Shown: positions 17,779 through 27,153 of the stretch, piece by piece
Layout of the letters: each line of letters starts with the position of its first letter
How positions within the stretch are numbered: the first letter of the stretch is position 1
Source: Rikenellaceae bacterium
GTDB lineage: Bacteria; Bacteroidota; Bacteroidia; Bacteroidales; Rikenellaceae
DNA: 64,000 nt
NCBI GenBank assembly: GCA_030529085.1
Contig: JAUMXM010000002.1
Coordinates: forward strand, 13,164 to 77,163
Direction of reading: 5' to 3'
Notes under the pieces: model-generated
What the model was told of the DNA's origin: nothing
Databases searched by the model: none
What the model saw: only the letters and a program-made list of their open reading frames with translations
Position numbers and translations under genes: made by a program

Positions 17779-19426
17779 CAGATTCAAATCCTTGACGTGG
17801 GCTGCGCTGGCAGCCGTGGGACTCACGATCTTCCTCTATGGACATCGTGAGGACTTCGGCTTGGGGCGCAACATGGAGATCACGATCAATGTGATGCGTG
17901 AGCTCTCGCTCAACTACGTCGATTCGATCGATACCGACAAGCTCCTGCTGGGGGCTGCCGATGGTATGGTGCGCAACCTCGACCCCTACACGGAGTACAT
18001 TCCCGAGAAGGAGATGTCGGAGTTCGAGATGCTCACCACGGGTAAGTATGGCGGCATCGGCTCGCTGATTCGCCTCAAGGGGGAGTATGTGATCATCGCC
18101 CAGCCCTACGAGAACTCGCCGGCCGACAAAGCGGGGCTGAAGATTGGCGACAAGATCCTTGCCATCGGCGAGGAGTCGGCCAAGGGCTTCACGACCGAGC
18201 AGGTCTCGGCGCGCCTCAAGGGAGAGCCCAACACCCCCGTTAAGGTCAAAATCGAGCGTCTCGACGGCACGATCCACGAGAAGGAGATCATGCGCGAGAG
18301 AATCGCCATTCCGGCCCTCTCCTACACCGGCTGGGTCAACGACAGCATCGGTTACATCCGCCACGACGACTTCACGGAGGGGTGCGCCTCGGAGTTGCAG
18401 GCCGCCATCCGCACGCTCGACAAGACGGGCCGCCTAAAGGGGCTCGTGCTCGACTACCGCAACAACGGCGGCGGCATCATGCAGGAGGCAATCAAGATTG
18501 TGGGTCTCTTCACGCCGCGTGGCACGGAGGTTGTCCGCACGAAGGGTCGCAACGACGAAAAGATCTACAAAACCACCTCGGAGCCTGCCTACCCCGACCT
18601 GCCGCTCGTCTTGCTGGTCAATAGCGGCTCGGCTTCGGCTTCGGAGATTGTCTCGGGAGCCCTGCAAGATATGGATCGCGCCCTCTTGGTGGGTCAGCGC
18701 ACGTTGGGCAAGGGTCTGGTGCAGAGCACCGTGCCCGTAGGCTACAACTCGATGCTCAAGCTCACGACGGCCAAGTACTACATCCCCTCGGGTCGCTGCA
18801 TCCAGGAGATCGACTACTCGCAGTCGCAACAGGGCTCGGTACGCGAGATTCCCGACTCGCTCATCAAGGAGTACACCACACGCGGTGGTCGCAAGGTCTA
18901 TGATGGCGGCGGTGTGATGCCCGACATTCAGATCAAGCCCGAATATGTGAGTCGCTTTGCGATGACCCTCTACGGCATGGGCTTCATCGAGGATTTCGGC
19001 GACGACTACATCCGCCGCAACGGCTACCGCAAGATCGAGCCCCGCACCTTCCGCCTCACGGAGCAGGATTTCGAAGATTTTGTCCGCTTCATGGCAGACA
19101 AGAAAGTCCCCTACGAGTCGGAGACGCGCCAGACGCTCGAACTGATCAAGAAGGCGGCCGAGAACGACCGCTTCAAGGAGGTGCAGGAGAAGATTGCACA
19201 GCTGGAGGCGGTTCTGAAGGATGATACGCAGACCAACCTCGAGACCTACCGCGCCGAGATTACCGACTACCTGACGAGCGACATCGTACTGCGCCATGCC
19301 TATGCACGCGGCGTGGTCGAGAATACGCTCGACGAGGATAGCGGCATCCGTCGTGCTGCCGAGATCCTGGCCGACAAGACGGAGTATGAGCGCATCCTCC
19401 GCGAACAGGACACCGCCCGCAAATAG
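17768..19426 (+). CDS. S41A carboxyl-terminal processing protease (PDZ + peptidase)
   Basis: LDPYT, GGIG PDZ loop, DYRNNGGG, SASASEI, GKGLVQ and KYYIPSGRCIQ motifs. Confidence 0.93.
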   Translation: MKNSRFKSLTWAALAAVGLTIFLYGHREDFGLGRNMEITINVMRELSLNYVDSIDTDKLLLGAADGMVRNLDPYTEYIPEKEMSEFEMLTTGKYGGIGSLIRLKGEYVIIAQPYENSPADKAGLKIGDKILAIGEESAKGFTTEQVSARLKGEPNTPVKVKIERLDGTIHEKEIMRERIAIPALSYTGWVNDSIGYIRHDDFTEGCASELQAAIRTLDKTGRLKGLVLDYRNNGGGIMQEAIKIVGLFTPRGTEVVRTKGRNDEKIYKTTSEPAYPDLPLVLLVNSGSASASEIVSGALQDMDRALLVGQRTLGKGLVQSTVPVGYNSMLKLTTAKYYIPSGRCIQEIDYSQSQQGSVREIPDSLIKEYTTRGGRKVYDGGGVMPDIQIKPEYVSRFAMTLYGMGFIEDFGDDYIRRNGYRKIEPRTFRLTEQDFEDFVRFMADKKVPYESETRQTLELIKKAAENDRFKEVQEKIAQLEAVLKDDTQTNLETYRAEITDYLTSDIVLRHAYARGVVENTLDEDSGIRRAAEILADKTEYERILREQDTARK

Positions 19427-19458
19427 AGCCCAAAACGCCCCCAAAAAGAGCTGAAAGC

Positions 19459-20640
19459 ATGAATATTCGCCGCATACTATCCTTCCGAAACCGCATTGCC
19501 TTCATCGCGGTCGGTGTGATATTGGGGGTGCTCTCGCTCCTCTACACCAACAGCTTGGCACGCACACTTCGCGAGAAGGAGCAGCACAATGTCGAGCTCT
19601 GGGCCCACGCCATGGAGCGCCTGAATCGCGATGTGCTGAGCGGTACGATCATGGTGCAGACCCCGCTGGTCGACGACCTGATTTCGAACAACAACAACAT
19701 CCCCTTCATCATCACGAACGAGAATCTGGAGGTGATCTCCTCACACCTGATTCCGGAGGAGATCATCGACCATCCCGACCGCCTGCGTCGCCAAATCGAT
19801 AAGTTCACGAAGGAGAACACCCCGCGTCAGGTACGCTTTGGTTGGACCAACCGCCACTACCACATCATCTTCTACGGCCACTCGGCGCTGCTCAAACAGC
19901 TCTACTACTACCCCTACGTCCAGATCTTTGTCATCGCGGCCTTTGTTTTGCTGGCCTTCGTGGCCTTCCGCTCCTCGAAACTCGACGAGCAGAATCGCGT
20001 CTGGATTGGTCTGGCCAAGGAGACGGCTCACCAATTGGGTACCCCCACATCCTCGCTCCTGGGTTGGATCGAGTACCTGCGCTCGCAGGATGTCGATCAG
20101 ACAGCTGTCGAGGAGATGAACAAGGATTTGGCCCACTTGATGAAGATCGTCGACCGCTTCTCGAAGATCGGCTCCGAAACACCCCTTACCCCCGCCAACA
20201 TCAACGAGGTGGTGGGTGGCTCGGTGATGTACTTCCGCAAGCGAATCCCGCGCAATGTGACCCTCGACTACAACGGCCTGGCCATCGCACCGGTCGAGGC
20301 GGCCATCAATGTCGCCCTCTTTGAGTGGGTGGTCGAAAACCTGATGAAAAATGCCCTCGATGCCCTGCAGGGACATGGTGCTATCGAGGTGAAGATCGCT
20401 TCGGACGAGAAACATGTCACGATCGACGTGAAGGATACGGGCAAGGGTATTGCCAAGGGCAACTGGAAGCGCATCTTTGAGCCCGGCTTCACAACCAAGA
20501 CGCGCGGCTGGGGTCTTGGCCTCTCGCTCTCGCGCCGCATTGTCGAGGAGTATCACAAGGGACGCATCTTTGTCGCCGATTCGGAGATTGGCAAGGGTAC
20601 CACCTTCCGCATCATCCTCAAACGAACTTTTGAAGGATGA
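19459..20640 (+). CDS. Membrane sensor histidine kinase (orphan)
   Basis: Two TM helices; H-box ETAHQLGTP, N-box ENLMKNALDA, DTGKGI, FEPGFTTK and GWGLGL. Confidence 0.93.
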   Translation: MNIRRILSFRNRIAFIAVGVILGVLSLLYTNSLARTLREKEQHNVELWAHAMERLNRDVLSGTIMVQTPLVDDLISNNNNIPFIITNENLEVISSHLIPEEIIDHPDRLRRQIDKFTKENTPRQVRFGWTNRHYHIIFYGHSALLKQLYYYPYVQIFVIAAFVLLAFVAFRSSKLDEQNRVWIGLAKETAHQLGTPTSSLLGWIEYLRSQDVDQTAVEEMNKDLAHLMKIVDRFSKIGSETPLTPANINEVVGGSVMYFRKRIPRNVTLDYNGLAIAPVEAAINVALFEWVVENLMKNALDALQGHGAIEVKIASDEKHVTIDVKDTGKGIAKGNWKRIFEPGFTTKTRGWGLGLSLSRRIVEEYHKGRIFVADSEIGKGTTFRIILKRTFEG

Positions 20641-21638
20641 GCCACCAACTGATTCCATACCGCCTCGAAGAGCCTGTTGCACCCGTTGCAACGGATAGTT
20701 TGTCGCATCCGGAACCCACCGATTCGTTGGCCAAAGTTCCGAGCGATTCACTCGCGCTTATTCCGGCCGACTCATTGGTGAGCATAACACCCGACTCGCT
20801 TGCAAAGCCCCACGTGGAGGTTGTTGCCCCCTACGAACTCCCCTTTGCGCTGCGCTCGTCGCTCGAGGAGACACCCTCTCGCAAAAATCTGCGCTACAAC
20901 GAGACCTCAGCCGAGGAGCTCTTCGGCTACAGCTCGATGCAGGCCGAGATTCCCTATACCCCTCACGCCGCCCCCGCACTGACAGCCACGCCCCTCTTTG
21001 GAGCCTTTGTTCTGGGGTTGGTGATCTTCTACGCCCTGATGCTCCATCAGCACCTCTCGGATGCCATAACGCTGGTCGGCCGTGTGAGCCGCGAGCGCGC
21101 CACGGGCGAACGCCTCACCGAGGATTCGACGGGCGACTACACCCGATTTATCAACCTGGCTGTGACACTCGGACTGCTGTTGACCGGTGCCGCCGTGATG
21201 CGCATCGCCGCCCCCTTTGTGGGATACACACCACTTGCCGAATGGCCCCACACGGGCGCCTTTATGGGCAGCCTCGGCATCGTGGCAGCCCTGGGGCTGG
21301 TTATCCTCTACCGACAAGGGTTGTCGCTGCTGATTGGTCGCCTGACCTACACGCAACAACTCTTCGAACAACTCAACCGACTTGCGAGCACATTCTTTGC
21401 CCTGCTGACACTCCTGTCGACCCCCCTCTTAGCACTCTGGTTGCTAGCACCTCTCGGCGAGGGTAATTTATGGTTATGGGTGATTATCATCGAATTGATC
21501 GTTGTATTCGTTTTATACCTCAACGAGACACTTTCGCTCTTTATTTCAAAAAAAATTTCAATTTTGCATTGGATTTTGTACCTTTGCGGCGTGGAAATCC
21601 TCCCAATGAGTTTTTTAGTACTTTTGGTGATGAGATAA
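20637..21638 (+). CDS. DUF4271 membrane protein
   Basis: Multiple TM helices, C-terminal ILYLCGVEILP motif, position upstream of the hemD-like gene; ATGA overlap with the kinase gene. Confidence 0.8.
   Translation: MSHQLIPYRLEEPVAPVATDSLSHPEPTDSLAKVPSDSLALIPADSLVSITPDSLAKPHVEVVAPYELPFALRSSLEETPSRKNLRYNETSAEELFGYSSMQAEIPYTPHAAPALTATPLFGAFVLGLVIFYALMLHQHLSDAITLVGRVSRERATGERLTEDSTGDYTRFINLAVTLGLLLTGAAVMRIAAPFVGYTPLAEWPHTGAFMGSLGIVAALGLVILYRQGLSLLIGRLTYTQQLFEQLNRLASTFFALLTLLSTPLLALWLLAPLGEGNLWLWVIIIELIVVFVLYLNETLSLFISKKISILHWILYLCGVEILPMSFLVLLVMR
21579..21586 (+). promoter_or_regulatory. Internal -7 element (TACCTTTG) inside the DUF4271 CDS, likely driving hemD-rnpA-yidD
   Basis: TAnnTTTG in an AT-rich patch at the gene's 3' end; read in frame as Tyr-Leu-Cys. 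Confidence 0.6.
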
Positions 21639-21697
21639 CCCACTTTGCATGGGCGGTCATAAGCCGCCTAAATATTTGAAACAAAGAGAGTTAAAAC

Positions 21698-22567
21698 GTG
21701 AAGAGTATCCTTGTATCACAACCGAAGCCGGCTGTTGTAGAGAAATCGCCGTTCTACGAAATCGCTCAGAAACACCGTGCTAACATTGGTTACAAACCCC
21801 TTATCCGCGTAGAAGGTGTCAGCCTGAAAGAGTTCCGCGCACAGCGCATCGAGATCCTTGACCACACGGCCGTCATCTTCACCTCACGCTCCACAGTCGA
21901 TAGTTTCTTCCACATCGCCGAGGAGGCCCGCATTACGATTCCCGAAACGATGAAGTATATCTGCCAGACGGAGGCTGTTGCCCTCTACCTGCAGAAGTAC
22001 ATCGTATACCGCAAGCGCAAGATCTCGTTTGCCGACGGTTCGTTCACCTCGCTCATCGAGCAGATCGTAAAACACAAGGAGGAGAAGTTCCTCTTGGCCC
22101 TGAGCGAGCCCCACAAGCCCGAGTTGCCCGAGACGCTCGCCACGCTGAAGCTGGCGGTCGATCCGGTGATTCTCTCGCGCACGGTAGCTGCCGACATGGA
22201 GGATGTGGATCTCTCGACGATCGACCTGCTGGCCCTCTACTCTCCGTCGGATGTCAAGGCGCTGATCGAGAAATTCGGTACGGAGAACCTGCCCTCCATC
22301 GCCGTCTTTGGCGAGGGTACGTTGCGCTCGGCTTGCAAGGCCGGGCTGAAGGTGGTAGCCAATGCGCCGACCCCCGCAGCCCCCTCGATGGTCAAGGCGA
22401 TCGATATCTACCTCCAGAAGTTGGCCAAGGGCGAGGAGATTCTCCCCATCGAGCCCCAGGTAGACAACGACAAAGAGGCCTTCATTCGCTCGCAGCAGAG
22501 CAAGCTGGCCAAGAAGAGTCGCACACGTCGCACGACGACCGCCGCGACTGCCGCGACTGCCAAATAG
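21698..22567 (+). CDS. hemD: Uroporphyrinogen-III synthase-like protein (HemD/UroS family), GTG start
   Basis: KSILVSQPKP, AVIFTS, ALYLQKYIVYRKRKI and YSPS motifs typical of the Bacteroidota HemD-like family. Confidence 0.88.
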   Translation: MKSILVSQPKPAVVEKSPFYEIAQKHRANIGYKPLIRVEGVSLKEFRAQRIEILDHTAVIFTSRSTVDSFFHIAEEARITIPETMKYICQTEAVALYLQKYIVYRKRKISFADGSFTSLIEQIVKHKEEKFLLALSEPHKPELPETLATLKLAVDPVILSRTVAADMEDVDLSTIDLLALYSPSDVKALIEKFGTENLPSIAVFGEGTLRSACKAGLKVVANAPTPAAPSMVKAIDIYLQKLAKGEEILPIEPQVDNDKEAFIRSQQSKLAKKSRTRRTTTAATAATAK

Positions 22568-22589
22568 CAACTTCTAACCCCGAAGAGCC

Positions 22590-22961
22590 ATGCTCGACAA
22601 CGCGCTTCCCCGCAACGAAAGGCTCCGCACCCTGGGAGCCATCCGCCGTCTCTTTATGGAGGGGGAGTCGGGATTCGTCTATCCGTTCCGCTACCTCTGG
22701 TATGCCGAAGCGGATAGTGCCCCGTCGGTCGAGGTGCTCTTCTCGGTTCCGAAGAAATACCACAAGCGCGCCAACAAGCGCAACCTGCTGCGCCGCCGCA
22801 CAAAGGAGGCCTACCGCCTCCAAAAACAGGTCATCACGCACCACGTCGGGGATCGAAACCTCGACTTGGCGCTGATCTACTCAGCGCGCGAGGTGCTCCC
22901 CTCAAAAAAGATTCACCATGCCGTCCACAGGATTCTGGAGTCGATTCAGGAGCACCTGTAA
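22590..22961 (+). CDS. rnpA: Ribonuclease P protein component
   Basis: SVPKK...[22 protein letters not shown] motif. Confidence 0.92.
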   Translation: MLDNALPRNERLRTLGAIRRLFMEGESGFVYPFRYLWYAEADSAPSVEVLFSVPKKYHKRANKRNLLRRRTKEAYRLQKQVITHHVGDRNLDLALIYSAREVLPSKKIHHAVHRILESIQEHL

Positions 22962-23178
22962 GCGGCTCTGCGCCCTGCCCCTCATCGCACTGGTGCGCTT
23001 CTACCAACTCTGTATTTCGCCCCTCACGCCCCCCTCGTGTCGCTTTACGCCTACCTGCTCGCAATATGCGCTGGAGGCACTGCGCAAACACGGCTTGTTG
23101 AAAGGGTCGTGGCTCACCTTGAAGCGCCTCTCGCGCTGCCATCCCTGGGGCGGTAGCGGATACGATCCCGTCCCCTAA
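22918..23178 (+). CDS. yidD: Membrane protein insertion efficiency factor YidD
   Basis: [18 protein letters not shown] and [14 protein letters not shown] motifs. Confidence 0.94.
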   Translation: MPSTGFWSRFRSTCKRLCALPLIALVRFYQLCISPLTPPSCRFTPTCSQYALEALRKHGLLKGSWLTLKRLSRCHPWGGSGYDPVP

Positions 23179-23196
23179 CCACTATACAGCCCCGCC

Positions 23197-24666
23197 ATGT
23201 CGCTCAAGAATCTGCAGGAACGCCTCGCCGAGATGCCGATGCTCAAACTGCTGCCCGCCGTGGTGGCCGGCATCCTTGTTCAGGAGGCTCTCCTGGTACC
23301 GATGTGGGGCGTTGTGGCGTTGGCACTGCTCTGCGGTGTGGGGGCGATTCTGCTCCACCGCAGCTACCTGCTGCTACTCTTTGCCGCCTCGGTGGGCTAC
23401 CTCTCGGCCTCGCTGCAAGCGAAGCCAACCCCCTTTCCAATCGGCCACAACATCTCGTTCGTAGCCGTTGTAACCGACGACAGCACACCGCGCACGCGCA
23501 CCAACCGTACCGAGGCGCGTATCGAACGGTGGCAAGACCCCCTCTCGGGCGAAACCTATCGGTGCGATGCCACCGTGTGGCTCTACACCGACACACTCAC
23601 AACCCTCACGGGCGGTGAGCGACTGCTCATTACCGAGCGCGTTCGCCCCATCAACTACGGCTCTGCGCAATTTCGCACCTTGATGCGACAGCGCGGTTTA
23701 ATCGGAAGCTGCTTTTTGACCCACCACAACGTGGAGCGGCTCGACACGCCGAAACACCCCTCCCTGCACGTGCGCGCCTCGCGCCTGATGCAACGCCGCT
23801 TGAAGGAGGAGTCGGAGCGGGCAGCCGTCGTATCGGCGATGACGGTCGGCAACCGCAACCGACTCTCGGCCTCGCTCCGCGAAGATTATGCGCGCAGTGG
23901 TACCGCCCACCTGCTGGCCGTCTCGGGACTCCATACGGGTATCCTCTTTCTGTGGGTGAATCTTGCACTCTGGTGGCTTCCCCTCTTTCGGCACGGTCAC
24001 CGCCTGCGCAACCTGGTGGCCATCGCGGCCGTCTGGCTCTTTGTGGCGGCGGCAGGCTTTCCGATCAGTGCCGTGCGAGCCGCTGTGATGTGTACCCTCC
24101 TGCAATGGGCCCTCTTTACCTCGTCGCACTACCGCGCCACCAACAGCTGGGCGGCAGCAGCGCTGATCCTGCTCCTCATGCACCCCTCGTGGCTCTTCGA
24201 TGTAAGCTTCCAGCTCTCGTTTGTAGCCGTCGGCGGATTGCTCGTGTGGGGAGTGCCCCTCTGTCGAAAGCTGCACACCCCCTATCGCCTCCTGAATGGG
24301 TTGCTCGATGCACTCTGCATCAGCCTGGTGGCCTCGCTCGTAACGGCACCCCTCACCTCCTACCACTTCGGACTCTTCTCGCTCGTAGGGCTGCTGCTCA
24401 ACCCCCTGATGATTCTGCTCGGAAGCGGTATCGTGGCCATAGGTGTTGCCCTGCTGTTGCTGCCGCCCCTCGCCCCGCTGCTCCGACCCCTTGTTTTGAT
24501 GCTTGCCGAGTGGCAGAACGCCCTCGCCGCATGGGGTGCGACACAGGCAGGTTGGGTGGTCGAATACCGCCTCGCGAATGAGCTCGTCATCGCCTTTTAC
24601 CTCATTTTATTGCTGCTAACCCTCACGGCGTGGTGTTGGGATCGAAAAAAAGGCGTACATTTGTAG
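23197..24666 (+). CDS. comEC: ComEC/Rec2 competence membrane protein (no MBL domain)
   Basis: SGTAHLLAVSGLH, SAVRAAVM, SFQLSF and LLNP motifs. Confidence 0.9.
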   Translation: MSLKNLQERLAEMPMLKLLPAVVAGILVQEALLVPMWGVVALALLCGVGAILLHRSYLLLLFAASVGYLSASLQAKPTPFPIGHNISFVAVVTDDSTPRTRTNRTEARIERWQDPLSGETYRCDATVWLYTDTLTTLTGGERLLITERVRPINYGSAQFRTLMRQRGLIGSCFLTHHNVERLDTPKHPSLHVRASRLMQRRLKEESERAAVVSAMTVGNRNRLSASLREDYARSGTAHLLAVSGLHTGILFLWVNLALWWLPLFRHGHRLRNLVAIAAVWLFVAAAGFPISAVRAAVMCTLLQWALFTSSHYRATNSWAAAALILLLMHPSWLFDVSFQLSFVAVGGLLVWGVPLCRKLHTPYRLLNGLLDALCISLVASLVTAPLTSYHFGLFSLVGLLLNPLMILLGSGIVAIGVALLLLPPLAPLLRPLVLMLAEWQNALAAWGATQAGWVVEYRLANELVIAFYLILLLLTLTAWCWDRKKGVHL

Positions 24667-24667
24667 T

Positions 24668-25828
24668 ATGCTGACACGCGATGAATACAACCTGCTTGCC
24701 TCCGAGGAGCTGCGCACAGCCATCCGCACGAACCGCCACCGCGATCCGTTGCAGGTGGCTCTCGACCGTTCACTCTCGGAGCCGCGCCTCGTGGCAACCC
24801 AACTCAAATACCTGACCCGCGCCGCGACGAAGCTCCCAAGCTACGCCGAGGCTTGCTGCATCCTGCCCCCCAGGGCCTTCGAGCAGGCCTCGAGCGAACG
24901 ATGCGCCGCCCACAAACCTTTGAACGGCGAGCGTGTGCTGGATCTCACCTGCGGCTTGGGAGTCGATGCACTCGCTTTGAGCCACCGTTTTCGACAGGTG
25001 GTAACCCTCGAGCGCAACGAGGTGCTGGCCGACGTCGCACGCGAGAATTTCCGCCGCCTGGGGGCCAACAACATCACCGTTGTCACGACCGATGCCGAGA
25101 GCTATGTGGCCGCCTGTGAGGAGCATTTCGACTGGATCTTTGCCGATCCCGACCGTCGCTCGGCCGAGGGGAAAAAGCTCGTCTGCCTGGAGGATTGCTC
25201 GCCAGACGTCTTGGCCTTGATGCCCCACCTGAAGCGGTTGGCACCCCGTTTGTGTCTGAAAAATTCGCCCCTCTTCGATGTCGATGAGGCCTTCCGACTC
25301 TTTCCCGAGGCCGACGTGGAGGTCGTATCGCTCGGAGGTGAGTGCAAGGAGGTCTTGATCTCGGTGGGCGAGGGCATTGCGCGCAAGCTGACCGCCACGT
25401 CGCTCGACAGCGCGGAGTCATTCAGCCTGCAAGAGCGCCCCTCGGAGCTGCCTCACGAGGACTTTGACCCGACACGCTACCGCTTCCTGATCCTCCCCGA
25501 TGTGGCGCTGCAAAAGGCTCGCCTGACACGCGCCTACTTCGCCTGCGAGGAGCATCGCGCCGCAATCTGGAGCGAGCACGGCTACGCCTTTACGACCGAG
25601 CCTCCCCAAAAGGTGATGGGGCGCGTCGAGGAGATCGTAACCATCGAGCCCTACGACCCCAAGCAGCTCAAACGCAGACTCAAGGGGCAGGGCGTGGAGC
25701 TTCTAAAGCGCGACTTCGACATTCCGCTCGAGACGGTACGCCGCCGTTTGGGGCTACGCGAGGGGAATAAAATACGCCTTGCATTGACAAAAATCGAAAG
25801 CAATTATTGGACAATTAGCCTAAAATAG
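24668..25828 (+). CDS. Class I SAM-dependent methyltransferase with THUMP-like C-terminus
   Basis: EQASSE, LDLTCGLGVD, IFADPDRR, KNSP and ECKE motifs. Confidence 0.85.
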   Translation: MLTRDEYNLLASEELRTAIRTNRHRDPLQVALDRSLSEPRLVATQLKYLTRAATKLPSYAEACCILPPRAFEQASSERCAAHKPLNGERVLDLTCGLGVDALALSHRFRQVVTLERNEVLADVARENFRRLGANNITVVTTDAESYVAACEEHFDWIFADPDRRSAEGKKLVCLEDCSPDVLALMPHLKRLAPRLCLKNSPLFDVDEAFRLFPEADVEVVSLGGECKEVLISVGEGIARKLTATSLDSAESFSLQERPSELPHEDFDPTRYRFLILPDVALQKARLTRAYFACEEHRAAIWSEHGYAFTTEPPQKVMGRVEEIVTIEPYDPKQLKRRLKGQGVELLKRDFDIPLETVRRRLGLREGNKIRLALTKIESNYWTISLK

Positions 25829-25854
25829 GTAGCTTTGTAAAAACCCTTGGAGCG

Positions 25855-27153
25855 ATGAAATTCAACGATCTTTACCTCTTCTTCACCGACACGATTTTCC
25901 GTCGGGATCCCGCTTCGTGGAAAAACCCCGCAGTTCGCATGGGAGTCAACCTCTACAAGCTCCTCTACTACATGGTGCGCGGCATGTTGAACCACGGCAC
26001 GTTGGTGCGCAGTGCCGCGATGACCTACTACACGGTCACCTCACTTGTGCCCATCCTCGCCGTCGCCTTTGCCGTCGTGAAGGGTTTTGGTGTGGGTGAG
26101 ACCCTCATAGAGTCGCTCTACGACCTCTTTCCGCAATACCCCGAGGTGATCGAATACATCGTGGGCTTTGCCGAAAATGCCCTGGCTCGCACCCAGGGAG
26201 GTGTGGTGGCCTCGGTCGCCTTGGTGATGCTGTTCTGGTCGGTGATTCAGCTTTTTGGCTCTATCGAGAGCGCCTTCAACAACATCTGGGAGGTGAAGAC
26301 TTCGCGCAGCATCGCCCGCCAGTGGACCGACTACCTGGCTGTGACGCTCATCGTCCCCATCTTCTGGATCGTAGCCTATGCCGTCGGCTCCTACACCGAG
26401 GAGGTCTTCCGCGAGACGTGGTACTTCTCGCTCCTCTCGCGCCTCTTGTCGCTCATCTCGATTTGGGCGATGTTCACCCTCCTCTACCTGATCATCCCCA
26501 ACGCCCGCGTGAAGTTCACAAGCGCCCTCACGGCAGGTATTGTTGCCGGTACGGCCTTCCTCTGCTTCCAATGGGGCTACCTCTATGTGCAGACCTGGAT
26601 GACCTCCTACAACGCCATCTATGGTAGCTTTGCAGCGCTGCCGTTGTTCCTGCTCTGGATACAGCTCTCGTGGCAGATCCTGCTCATCGGCGGTGAGCTC
26701 TCGTTTGCCTTCCAGAATGTGACCCGCTTTGGCGAGGAGCATGAGTGGCAACAGATCAGCTACGACCAGCGCCGCAAGGTGATGCTGGCCGTCATGGTAC
26801 AGATCGTGCGCCACTTCCGCACCAAGGGAGGGGCAATGCCTGTTGAAATGTTGCGCCAACAATTGGGGCTCCCGACCCGCATCATCAACGATGTGCTCTT
26901 CCAGCTGACCAAGGCCGGGCAGCTCATCGACGCCCGCAAGAGCGAGGATGAACGCGAGGCGGCCTACGCTCCGGCCTACGATATCTCGCAGATGACCATC
27001 TACGGAATCCTCTCGTCGGTCGAAAACTACGGCGAGAATCCGCTCGTCTTCGACGAGGGCAGCGACCTGAAAAAGGTCGATCACATCCTCAACGGCATCA
27101 CGGGCGAGTCGTTTGCCTCGAAACACAATGTCCCCCTTAACGATTTGGTTTAA
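25855..27153 (+). CDS. YihY/BrkB family membrane protein with C-terminal winged-helix-like domain
   Basis: SAAMTYYT, IESAFNNIW and YNAIYGSFAALPLFLLW motifs. Confidence 0.9.
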   Translation: MKFNDLYLFFTDTIFRRDPASWKNPAVRMGVNLYKLLYYMVRGMLNHGTLVRSAAMTYYTVTSLVPILAVAFAVVKGFGVGETLIESLYDLFPQYPEVIEYIVGFAENALARTQGGVVASVALVMLFWSVIQLFGSIESAFNNIWEVKTSRSIARQWTDYLAVTLIVPIFWIVAYAVGSYTEEVFRETWYFSLLSRLLSLISIWAMFTLLYLIIPNARVKFTSALTAGIVAGTAFLCFQWGYLYVQTWMTSYNAIYGSFAALPLFLLWIQLSWQILLIGGELSFAFQNVTRFGEEHEWQQISYDQRRKVMLAVMVQIVRHFRTKGGAMPVEMLRQQLGLPTRIINDVLFQLTKAGQLIDARKSEDEREAAYAPAYDISQMTIYGILSSVENYGENPLVFDEGSDLKKVDHILNGITGESFASKHNVPLNDLV

